Shown in pieces: positions 11,639 to 20,242 of a stretch of 64,000 nucleotides of DNA. Where the stretch lies: positions 13,145 through 77,144 of the forward strand of contig CACJLN010000004.1 of assembly GCA_902594255.1 (NCBI GenBank), given 5' to 3'. The notes under the pieces were generated by a model. The model ran no database searches. It was not told where the DNA came from and saw only the letters and a list, made by a program, of their open reading frames with translations. Both the position numbers and the translations under genes were made by a program. Position 1 is the first letter of the stretch. Every line of letters begins with the position of its first letter. This DNA comes from an uncultured Pelagibacteraceae bacterium. GTDB taxonomy: Bacteria > Pseudomonadota > Alphaproteobacteria > Pelagibacterales > Pelagibacteraceae.

Positions 11639-12598
11639 TTATAAGTAATCTTTATAAGTTTTTAATTTATTGTGTGTTATTAGTTTTTGATAATATTCCC
11701 TGGGATTTTTGATTTTTATCAGCGCAGTTTTTGGTGTGTTAGTATAATCATAAAGCCTAGTAAGAAAGTATCTTAATGCAGCGCCTCGACATAAAATATT
11801 CAATGATTTTTTTTCCTTGTTTGATAGCTTCCTTATTTTTTCATATCCTGTGATGAGACTTTTTACTTTTTTTTTATTAAGATAAAATTTTGAATTTAGT
11901 TGATCAAAACATAACGCATTTACACATATAGCTATCTCATACATAAAGTAGTCATTTGCAGCAAAGTAAAAATCAATAATTCCAGATAAATTATTTTTTT
12001 TAAAGAATATATTATCAATAAATAAATCTCCATGAATAATTCCATGGGGCAACTTTTTAGGCCAATTTTTGTTAATGTCTCGCAGGTTAATTTTTAAAAA
12101 TTTTTCTAAGTTTTTAAATTCTGATTTAAATTCAATTTTATTAATTAATGGTTTAAGTTTTTTAATACCCATTGAATTACTCCTAAAAAGCTTTATTTTT
12201 CTTGTTGATAAGTGCATTAAAGCAACCGTTTTTCCTACATCACAACAATTTTTGAGAGATAAACTTTTTTTGCTTTTTCCTGTTAAAAACGAGACAATAC
12301 AAGCAGTTTTATTTTTAAGCTTAATTAAAAAATGACCATTCTTATTTTTTAAAGGTTTGGGGCAAATAATATTAAGAGAACTTAATTGATCCATTAGCTT
12401 CATAAAAAAGGGTATCTCTTTTTTTAAAACTCTTTTTTCAAAAATTGTGAGAATGAATTTATTGTTTTTTGATTTTAATAAATAATTTGTGTTTTCTATC
12501 CCTTGCTTAATACCTTTAAAACTTTTGAAATTTTCAACATTAAATTTCTTATTAATTAAGGAAATATCCTTTTTACTAATCTTGGTGTAAACAGCCAT
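11639..12598 (-). CDS. thrB: Homoserine kinase type II (APH-like)
   Basis: MAVYT, GIENTNY, IHGDLFIDN, IDFYFA, AALRYFLTRL; ispH-thrB-rnhA synteny. Confidence 0.95.
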   Translation of the reverse strand: MAVYTKISKKDISLINKKFNVENFKSFKGIKQGIENTNYLLKSKNNKFILTIFEKRVLKKEIPFFMKLMDQLSSLNIICPKPLKNKNGHFLIKLKNKTACIVSFLTGKSKKSLSLKNCCDVGKTVALMHLSTRKIKLFRSNSMGIKKLKPLINKIEFKSEFKNLEKFLKINLRDINKNWPKKLPHGIIHGDLFIDNIFFKKNNLSGIIDFYFAANDYFMYEIAICVNALCFDQLNSKFYLNKKKVKSLITGYEKIRKLSNKEKKSLNILCRGAALRYFLTRLYDYTNTPKTALIKIKNPREYYQKLITHNKLKTYKDYL

Positions 12599-13543
12599 TT
12601 AATTTAATTTATTTGGAACCTTAAAAACCACATCTTCTTTAATAATTTCAATTTCATCTATTGAAACTTTAAACCTCTTCCTTAAATTTTTTATAAAATC
12701 TTCTACTAATATTTCAGGTGCAGATGCGCCAGAAGAAATTCCAACTGTACTACAATTTTCAATTAATTCATATGGTATCTCACTTTGTGAATGTATCAAT
12801 TGTGCATTATTACACCCAGACTTTTTAGCTACTTCAACCAATCTTACTGAATTTGAGGAATTCCTACTTCCTATAATAAGAAATAAATCACAATCTTTTG
12901 CAATATTTTTAACTGCCATTTGCCTATTTGTTGTTGCATAACAGATATCCTCTTTATGTGGTTCTTTAATATTTGGAAATCTTTCTTTTAAAATGTTTAT
13001 AATATCCTTAGTATCATCAACTGATAATGTAGTTTGAGTGACAAAAGCTAAATTTTTTTTGCTATCAAATTTGTAATTTTTTGCTTCATCTTCATTTTGA
13101 ATCAAATCAATTGTTCCTTTAGGTAATTGACCCATCGTTCCAATAACTTCTGGGTGATTTTCATGTCCAATTAAAATTAAATGGTAATTAGACTTATAGA
13201 GATTTTCAGCTTCTCGATGAACTTTTGAAACAAGCGGGCAAGTTGCATCAATGTATGTCATTTTATATTTTTCAGCATCTAGGGGAATTTTTTTTGGTAC
13301 ACCGTGGGCTGAAAAGATAACCGGTCTTGTTTTATCCTTAATCTCCTCAAGTTCTTCTACAAATATTGCACCTTTCTTTCTTAAATCGTCCACAACAAAT
13401 TTATTATGGACTATCTCATGTCTAACATACACTGGTGATCCAAATTTAATTAAAGTTTTTTCCACAATCTCGATCGCTCTTTCAACGCCAGCACAAAAAC
13501 CTCGTGGTGCAGAAAGTAAGATTTTAATTTCTTTATTTTTCAT
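12599..13543 (-). CDS. ispH: 4-hydroxy-3-methylbut-2-enyl diphosphate reductase
   Basis: PRGFCAGV, HEIVHN, DATCPLV, DICYAT, SSNS, GASAPE. Confidence 0.98.
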   Translation of the reverse strand: MKNKEIKILLSAPRGFCAGVERAIEIVEKTLIKFGSPVYVRHEIVHNKFVVDDLRKKGAIFVEELEEIKDKTRPVIFSAHGVPKKIPLDAEKYKMTYIDATCPLVSKVHREAENLYKSNYHLILIGHENHPEVIGTMGQLPKGTIDLIQNEDEAKNYKFDSKKNLAFVTQTTLSVDDTKDIINILKERFPNIKEPHKEDICYATTNRQMAVKNIAKDCDLFLIIGSRNSSNSVRLVEVAKKSGCNNAQLIHSQSEIPYELIENCSTVGISSGASAPEILVEDFIKNLRKRFKVSIDEIEIIKEDVVFKVPNKLN

Positions 13544-14471
13544 TTTTTTCTATTAAATATTCGAGCAATATATGCGGAAAGGTTAGAGATGCCAAACCTA
13601 TAAATATTAATTTAAGAATTGAACTATCAAAACTATAATTTTTATTCAAAAAATACATACCAATTAAAAAAAAGATAGCAGTGAGGATTGTTAAAGGAAG
13701 AGCTTTTTTAATAAAAATAAAAAGACCATTTTTTATGTTTTCATGATCAAGCTCAATTATTAACGAAATACTATGTCGAATTGAGTGCAGAAAACAGAAA
13801 TAAATTGTAAATGCTATTAAAGGTGAAAAATAGAAATTAATGATAATTATTGAAAAAAAATCTAAAAATATCGTGAAATTTCTATATTCAAACTTTTTGA
13901 GAAATAAAAAAATACTTGATAGAGCACTTATAAAAATTCCAACACTTAAAAGTTGGTTGTTTTCGATGATAGTCATACTTGAATAAAAACTTTCATTTTG
14001 AATTAATAGTAACTTGAAAATGAATATTGTTTCATCGAAATGAAAAAACAATGGAGCTAAAACAATTAAGGCACCTTTGAAGAAAAATAGTAATTGATTA
14101 ACAAATGATTTTTCATCTAATAGAAATTGAGTGTCCTCTTTTCCAAAATGATAAGAGGCAACAATTAAAAATATTATTAAAGATGTAGCTGGAAATAATA
14201 TCCACAATATAGCTATTGAGATTGCTAATAATAAATAGGTAAAATAAAAAATTGAAATATTATTTAAGTTAAATCTTTTAAGGAGTTTCTTTCCTTTTAA
14301 ATGATCTAAAGATCCATGAGATACACCAATTAAAAGAATTAGTAATAAGCAAATTAATGGCGATATAATTGAAATGTCAATTTTCAAAAATAATAATGAA
14401 AAAATATTACAAAATAAAAAAAATATAAAAGAATGATTAAAACAAATTTTTTTAAATTTTAGCTTCATCAT
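13533..14471 (-). CDS. blh: Beta-carotene 15,15'-dioxygenase (retinal-forming, Brp/Blh)
   Basis: GVSHGSLD, YHFG, YFCFLHSIRH, LTFPH His motifs; multi-TM; follows crtY. Confidence 0.95.
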   Translation of the reverse strand: MMKLKFKKICFNHSFIFFLFCNIFSLLFLKIDISIISPLICLLLILLIGVSHGSLDHLKGKKLLKRFNLNNISIFYFTYLLLAISIAILWILFPATSLIIFLIVASYHFGKEDTQFLLDEKSFVNQLLFFFKGALIVLAPLFFHFDETIFIFKLLLIQNESFYSSMTIIENNQLLSVGIFISALSSIFLFLKKFEYRNFTIFLDFFSIIIINFYFSPLIAFTIYFCFLHSIRHSISLIIELDHENIKNGLFIFIKKALPLTILTAIFFLIGMYFLNKNYSFDSSILKLIFIGLASLTFPHILLEYLIEKNEK

Positions 14472-14474
14472 TCA

Positions 14475-15542
14475 CTAGTAAAACAAGGCTTTTATAAATG
14501 TAAACTTTGGCATTTTAAGAATTACATTAAAATCTTCCCAAAAACTACTTTTGTTTGATAAAAATTTAATAACAGTCTTTGGTGACGCTTTAAACATATT
14601 AAAGAATATATCTGCCATTTTTTCAGGATGTTTATTAAGAACGCGTAAAAATATATCATCTAAAAATTGATATTTTTTGTTTATCTCAAATTTTTTACAT
14701 TTGGAAATATTTTCAATATTTTCTCTTATAAATCTACTGTGCTCTTGAATGTTTAAAAAAGTATAACCAGTGCTTAGTCTGGTCATTCCGCCAGCCGTTC
14801 CAATATTAATTTTATTTTTTTCTTTTTCGTATATAGGGTAAAACATAGGGATTGCACCTTCTTCTTTATAGGTAATTTTGTAATCTTTTATTTTAAGATG
14901 CTTATCAATGTAATCTTTAATTTGTTGGTCGTAATCTTTTTGAGAATTGTCGTTCATTCTGGATAGCCAAGTTGTTTCAACTAAAGCTTTATTTTTTGAG
15001 TAAGGAAGTGTGTAAAAAAAATGTACACTTTCCCTTTGCTCGCAGTCAAAATCCATAAGATTAAAAATTTCCTCATCAAAAGAGTTTTTTTTTGTTTCAA
15101 TTTCTACGCCGCAAAAATGTTGCCAAAGATTAAAATATTTTTTTTTAATGTTTGGAACACTGTTAAAAATGAATGAGTTTTTGGTATTTATTTCATTTAC
15201 ATTTTTGAAGAAAGAAATATTATTATTTTCTTTTAGTTTATTATTTATTTTTTCATAAAATAAACCACTATCTATGCTTTGATAAGGGTAATCTTTACAT
15301 TGAAGATGATTTGTTTTACCAGGAATATTTATTGTAAAATGTTCCCAACTTTTTTTAACACAATCATCAAAATTATGAGGATTTACTCTCCAGAAAGACC
15401 ATGTTTTGTCTCTTTTATATTGTGCTCTTGGTTCAATAATTGCCAAGGTTTTGTCTTTTAACTTCTCATGTACATCTAACTCATAAGCAAGAGATAAACC
15501 AGCACAACCACCTCCAATAATGATGTAGTCAAAATCTCTCAT
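14475..15542 (-). CDS. crtY: Lycopene beta-cyclase
   Basis: GGGCAGLSLA, DKTWSFW, LMDF, FFYTLP, EEGAIPM, GTAGG...STGY. Confidence 0.92.
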   Translation of the reverse strand: MRDFDYIIIGGGCAGLSLAYELDVHEKLKDKTLAIIEPRAQYKRDKTWSFWRVNPHNFDDCVKKSWEHFTINIPGKTNHLQCKDYPYQSIDSGLFYEKINNKLKENNNISFFKNVNEINTKNSFIFNSVPNIKKKYFNLWQHFCGVEIETKKNSFDEEIFNLMDFDCEQRESVHFFYTLPYSKNKALVETTWLSRMNDNSQKDYDQQIKDYIDKHLKIKDYKITYKEEGAIPMFYPIYEKEKNKINIGTAGGMTRLSTGYTFLNIQEHSRFIRENIENISKCKKFEINKKYQFLDDIFLRVLNKHPEKMADIFFNMFKASPKTVIKFLSNKSSFWEDFNVILKMPKFTFIKALFY

Positions 15543-16380
15543 TTAAATTAATTTCCTCATTAATCAAAATATGATCGTGTCTGATTTGATCATCTTTTTT
15601 GGATGTCAACGATAGTTTAATTAAATCCAAAATCGCTAGAAAGGTTTCTAGTCCTTTTTCTAAATTTGAAACATGTATTTTTCCAGCATTTTGATAGTTT
15701 TCTAAGTTTTTTTTATTTAATATTTTATAACCGATTTTTCTGTATATTCTTCTTGCAACTAAAATTGAAAAACGAAAACTAAACGGTATTTCCTTAATCG
15801 AATAAAACGAATTTTCGTAAAAAGTATCAGCAAGATTGATAGTTGATGAAATTTCTTCAAAATTTTTATCTATGTAAAAACGATTATTTTTTGAGTCTTC
15901 AATTACATCTCTCGATATATTTGTAAGTTGCATTGCAATCCCAAGATCAATAGCAGATCTAAGTGAACTTTTTTTATTGACTTTTAAGATCTTTGCCATC
16001 ATTAATCCAACAGTTCCAGCTACTCTGTATGAGTAAATTAACAAATCTTTTCTCGAATTAAATTTAACTTTAACTTTGATATCTGATTTAATTCCAATTA
16101 ATAAATCCTGAACAATTTTCACAGAGATGTTGAACTCTTCCATTAGACCCCACATATTTTTGATAACTGGATCATTAAGCTTTTTGTTGTTAAAATCATT
16201 CTCGAATTGATTGAATTTCTTTTCTTTATTTACTAATTCCTCCAGATCGTCTGCGATATTATCTGCTACTCTACAAAAATCGTATAAAGTTGAACATTTT
16301 TTTAGTGTCTTTTTCGGTAAAAAAAAGCCAGCCCAACTGAATGATTTTGCATAAATAGATAAATAACTTTTGTTAAGCAT
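15529..16380 (-). CDS. crtB: Phytoene synthase
   Basis: KSFSWA, LYDFCRVADNIAD, YSYRVAGTVG, LGIAMQLTNISRDVIED. Confidence 0.95.
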   Translation of the reverse strand: MLNKSYLSIYAKSFSWAGFFLPKKTLKKCSTLYDFCRVADNIADDLEELVNKEKKFNQFENDFNNKKLNDPVIKNMWGLMEEFNISVKIVQDLLIGIKSDIKVKVKFNSRKDLLIYSYRVAGTVGLMMAKILKVNKKSSLRSAIDLGIAMQLTNISRDVIEDSKNNRFYIDKNFEEISSTINLADTFYENSFYSIKEIPFSFRFSILVARRIYRKIGYKILNKKNLENYQNAGKIHVSNLEKGLETFLAILDLIKLSLTSKKDDQIRHDHILINEEINLNERF

Positions 16381-17840
16381 TATAAAATTCTATCTAACAC
16401 TTTTGCAGATGAAAGCACTCCCGGCACACCAGCGCCTGGATGAGTGCCAGCTCCTACAAAATAAAGTCCATCGTATATTTCGGATTTATTATGAAATCTA
16501 AAATAAGCTGACTGAGAAAATTTTGGCTGTATTGAGAAACCTGAACCATATTTAGTATTTAAATCTCTCTCAAAGTAATCTGGTGTCAAGTAAAAATCTT
16601 CCACAATATTTTTTCTAAGATTTGGCATCAAATCCTTTTCCATTTTATCTATTACTAAATTTTTCATTTTTTCACCTTCAACAGACCAATCAATTTTTGA
16701 TTGATTATTTGGTACCGGAACCAAAACATAAAAACAATCATTTCCCTCTGGCGCCATAGACTTATCTGTTGAAGATGGCCTATGAAGATAGTAACTAATA
16801 TCTTCATTTAATTTTTTATTATTAAAGATATCATTTAGATGTTCTTTGTATTTGTTACCAAATTTAATTGTATGATGTTCTACATTTTCATATTTTTCTT
16901 TTGTACCAAAATAATAAACAAATAATCCCATCGAGTATTCCATCCGTCTCTTTTTCCATTTAAAAAGAAATGAGTTATTAACATCCCCATTTAGCATTTT
17001 TTCATAAACTGCAGGTGGATCTGCATTACAGATTACATTGTCGGATTTTAATACAGTTTGATTATCTAATTCAACACCAGTAATTTTTTTTTTATTGGAA
17101 ATAATTTTTTTAACCTCATGTCCTTTTATTACTTTAATTCCAACTTCATTCATTAATTTCTCAAGACCTTTAATGATATTTCCTGTTCCTCCCATAGAGT
17201 AATGGATTCCCCATTTTTTCTCTAAGTATAAAATTAGTCCATAAATTGATGTAGTCGTAAACGGATTACCACCAACTAGTAATGGATGCATACTAAGCAT
17301 TCTCCTTAATTTTTCATTTTTTACATAAGAGGAAACTAATGAGTAAACTGATTTGTAACTTTTTAATTTTAATAAAGCTGGCAATTGTTGCATCATCACA
17401 AATGGTCTATCAAACGGGATGTCCGCAAGCTCAATGAAACCTTTATCAAATATTTTTTTTGTGAAATTCACTAATTTTTCATAACCTAATACGTCCTCTT
17501 GATTGATCTTCTCAATTTGTTTTTTCATATCTTCTTCATCACCAGAGTAATTAAACCTAGTTTTATCCTCGAAGATAAATTGATACCAAATCTTCAATGG
17601 AGCAAGTTCTAAGTAATCTTTTGGATTTTTCTTAAATAATTCAAATAACTCATTAATTAAATACGGTGCGGTAATTACTGTTGGACCACCATCATATGTA
17701 AAGCCATTTTTTTTAAAAACTCGAGCTCTCCCCCCAAGATCAGGGTGTTTTTCAATTAAAGTTACATTGTTACCTTTTGCTCTAATGCGAAGAGCAGCTG
17801 CTATTCCTCCAAATCCAGAACCAATTACAATAGAATTCAT
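16380..17840 (-). CDS. crtI: Phytoene desaturase
   Basis: GSGFGGIAAA, GGRARV, DGGPTVIT, LYFVGAGTHPGAGVPGV. Confidence 0.97.
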   Translation of the reverse strand: MNSIVIGSGFGGIAAALRIRAKGNNVTLIEKHPDLGGRARVFKKNGFTYDGGPTVITAPYLINELFELFKKNPKDYLELAPLKIWYQFIFEDKTRFNYSGDEEDMKKQIEKINQEDVLGYEKLVNFTKKIFDKGFIELADIPFDRPFVMMQQLPALLKLKSYKSVYSLVSSYVKNEKLRRMLSMHPLLVGGNPFTTTSIYGLILYLEKKWGIHYSMGGTGNIIKGLEKLMNEVGIKVIKGHEVKKIISNKKKITGVELDNQTVLKSDNVICNADPPAVYEKMLNGDVNNSFLFKWKKRRMEYSMGLFVYYFGTKEKYENVEHHTIKFGNKYKEHLNDIFNNKKLNEDISYYLHRPSSTDKSMAPEGNDCFYVLVPVPNNQSKIDWSVEGEKMKNLVIDKMEKDLMPNLRKNIVEDFYLTPDYFERDLNTKYGSGFSIQPKFSQSAYFRFHNKSEIYDGLYFVGAGTHPGAGVPGVLSSAKVLDRIL

Positions 17841-17880
17841 TCCAGTAATTTATAATTTTTTTCGAAAAAATGTAAGAAGA

Positions 17881-18378
17881 TTATAAATTAATCTTTTTTA
17901 ACTCTGCTTTAGTTTCATTCAAATTTTTTTCAAACAGGTTATCTAATTTGGATCTATCTACAGAGGTAGTAATTATTTTTTTTACAGAGTCCATGGCAAT
18001 TTTTACTGATGTATTCTTAATTTCCTTTATAGCTGAGTCTTTCATTAAAGTAATTTTTGTTTGAGCAGAATTTTTCTTAATTTCTGAAGATTTATGAAAC
18101 TTATCATTTAATTCAATTATTAATCTATCGCTATCTTTTTTGGCTTGGTCTAAAATTTCTTTGCTTACTGACTGTGCAGTGTTAAGTTTTTTTTGAGCAT
18201 TATCTAGCAATATTTTAGCCTCAGTTCTTAATTTTTCACTTTCATCAATCTCATTTTTAATACCCAAAATTATCTTGTTTAACATTTCATTTATTTTTTG
18301 GGGTACTTTTAAATAAACGAGACCCCCAAAGAATATAATAAATGACACTGCTACCCAAAATGTTGCATCAAGAGCCAT
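17881..18378 (-). CDS. atpF: F0 ATP synthase subunit b
   Basis: MALDATFWVAVSF TM anchor plus coiled coil; start moved from ORF-track 18453 to ATG 18378. Confidence 0.92.
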   Translation of the reverse strand: MALDATFWVAVSFIIFFGGLVYLKVPQKINEMLNKIILGIKNEIDESEKLRTEAKILLDNAQKKLNTAQSVSKEILDQAKKDSDRLIIELNDKFHKSSEIKKNSAQTKITLMKDSAIKEIKNTSVKIAMDSVKKIITTSVDRSKLDNLFEKNLNETKAELKKINL

Positions 18379-18958
18379 AGTATTTATCCTTATTCTTCTT
18401 TGAAAGATCATCAACAATTGCTGAGATACTGCTATTATTAATTTCTGTTCCAATTAGTTTTTTTAAAAGGTCCGAAGATGTTTCTATTGCAATTTTGTTA
18501 ATTTTATCTGTAGCATCTTTTTTTAATGTTTTTATTTCCTCTTCAGCGTTACTAATTTCGTCTTCTATTTGTTTATCTAAAGTTTCTTTTTTTAAATTTA
18601 TATCTTTAATTATTTTTTCCCTAGCGTTTTTAAAAATATTTTTTGCCTCTAATTTACTTTTTAAGATTATTTCATCATATTCTTTTAATTTAACCTCACT
18701 AATTTCTCTTTGCTTTTCAGCAGTTTCTATGTTTTCTTGTATTTGAGATTTTCTGAGCTCAAGATTTGAACTTATTTTTGGTAAAATAAATTTTGATAAT
18801 ACTATATACAAAATACCAAAAGTAATTATAAGCCAAAATATTTGTGAAACCCAAAATTCAGGATCAAGTTGGGGCATACCTCCGCTTTCAGCTGCAAAAA
18901 CTTCCCTCAAAAAAAAGAAATTAAAAAATATCGACTGAAAAAATATTTTTTTAATCAT
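18368..18958 (-). CDS. atpG: F0 ATP synthase subunit b'
   Basis: GGMPQLDPEFWVSQIFWL typical of alphaproteobacterial b'; start taken at ATG 18958. Confidence 0.9.
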   Translation of the reverse strand: MIKKIFFQSIFFNFFFLREVFAAESGGMPQLDPEFWVSQIFWLIITFGILYIVLSKFILPKISSNLELRKSQIQENIETAEKQREISEVKLKEYDEIILKSKLEAKNIFKNAREKIIKDINLKKETLDKQIEDEISNAEEEIKTLKKDATDKINKIAIETSSDLLKKLIGTEINNSSISAIVDDLSKKNKDKYYGS

Positions 18959-18962
18959 TAAT

Positions 18963-19190
18963 CTAAAATGCAAATAAAATGATTAACGCAACTACCAATC
19001 CAAATAATCCTGTAGCTTCAGCAAGTGCAAAACCTAAAAGCAAATTAGGAAACTGTTTTTGAGCAGCAGACGGATTTCTCATTGCTCCTGATAAATAGTT
19101 ACCAAAAATTATTCCAATGCCAACTCCGGCTCCAGCTAATGCAATTGCCGCTAGACCTGCTCCAATCATTTTTGCTGCTTCTAATTCCAT
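18963..19190 (-). CDS. atpE: F0 ATP synthase subunit c
   Basis: GAGVGIG, RNP loop, FALAEA proton-carrying Glu. Confidence 0.98.
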   Translation of the reverse strand: MELEAAKMIGAGLAAIALAGAGVGIGIIFGNYLSGAMRNPSAAQKQFPNLLLGFALAEATGLFGLVVALIILFAF

Positions 19191-19195
19191 TATAT

Positions 19196-19200
19196 CCTCC
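19196..19200 (-). promoter_or_regulatory. Shine-Dalgarno GGAGG of atpE
   Basis: GGAGG 5 nt upstream of the atpE ATG; one of few strong SD sequences I noticed in the window. Confidence 0.8.
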
Positions 19201-19208
19201 TATGTTAA

Positions 19209-19943
19209 TTAATGGTGTAAATTTAATGCATCATTTAAATAAATGCATGTTAAAATTGCAAAAACATATGCTTGAAGAAAAGCAACTAAGATCTCCAAGC
19301 CAGTTAATGCAACCGAAAAACTCAGTGGAAGCCATCCACCGACTATCCCGAGACTTACTACAAAGCCTCCGAAAACCTTCATCATAGTGTGACCTGCCAT
19401 CATATTGGCAAATAATCTAACTGATAAACTTATAGGTCTACTTAAATAAGAGATAATTTCAATAACGACTATTAATGGAAGCAATACAATAGGCACTCCA
19501 CTTGGCACAAATAGCTTTAAGTATCCAAAGCCATGTTTTATAAAACCAATAATTGTCACGCCTATAAAGATGAATGCAGCAAGCATAAAAGTTACAATAA
19601 TGTGGCTCGTAACTGTGAATGTATAAGGGATCATTCCAAACATATTACAAAAAAGAACAAACATAAATAATGAAAATATAAAAGCAAAATAAGGTCTAGC
19701 TTTGGATCCAGCAGTATCGCTTATCATCTTTGCTACAAAAGAGTAACTGAGCTCAGCTAAGAGCTGAATTTTGTTTGGTATCACGGATTTTTTTTTTGAA
19801 CCCAGATTAAAAATAAAAAGAATTGCAAAGGAACTAACAATCATGAATAAACTTGCATTAGTAAATGAAATATCAAAAATTCCTATTTTTATTTCAGGAC
19901 CAATTCTGTAGACCTCAAATTGATTCATTGGATTTGCCGCCAT
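19209..19943 (-). CDS. atpB: F0 ATP synthase subunit a
   Basis: SLSVRLFANMMAGH, LQAYVF. Confidence 0.98.
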   Translation of the reverse strand: MAANPMNQFEVYRIGPEIKIGIFDISFTNASLFMIVSSFAILFIFNLGSKKKSVIPNKIQLLAELSYSFVAKMISDTAGSKARPYFAFIFSLFMFVLFCNMFGMIPYTFTVTSHIIVTFMLAAFIFIGVTIIGFIKHGFGYLKLFVPSGVPIVLLPLIVVIEIISYLSRPISLSVRLFANMMAGHTMMKVFGGFVVSLGIVGGWLPLSFSVALTGLEILVAFLQAYVFAILTCIYLNDALNLHH

Positions 19944-19953
19944 AAATTTATCT

Positions 19954-20229
19954 CTACTTTTGCATATTCTTTGCAGACCTAATTACATTAGCTATTCCAG
20001 CAATTACCCCTACAAAAAAAAATATTAAAATTAACCATGGTTTAGTACCAAAGGTCTTGTCTAAAATAAACCCAATAATTGTCCCTACTGCTACTGCAGA
20101 CACCAGTTCTGTACTTAGCTTAAAAGCATTACCAATAGGGGATGGATTAAGATTTTTACTGTTCGAGTTTCTTTTATTAACTTTCTTTTTTGCAATCTCT
20201 AAGCGAGTTTTGAATGGATCCTTGCTCAT
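19954..20229 (-). CDS. atpI: AtpZ/AtpI family protein
   Basis: GFILDKTFGTKPWLILIFFFVG; directly upstream of atpB. Confidence 0.88.
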   Translation of the reverse strand: MSKDPFKTRLEIAKKKVNKRNSNSKNLNPSPIGNAFKLSTELVSAVAVGTIIGFILDKTFGTKPWLILIFFFVGVIAGIANVIRSAKNMQK

Positions 20230-20242
20230 CTAAATTATTTGA

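Noticed and set aside
18379-18453. N-terminal extensions in the ORF track (atpF; also mutY 23667, ccrM 26943, greA 32723, rplY 39139, uvrC 48685)
   Set aside because: Longest-ORF artefacts; family-typical N-termini begin at downstream ATGs
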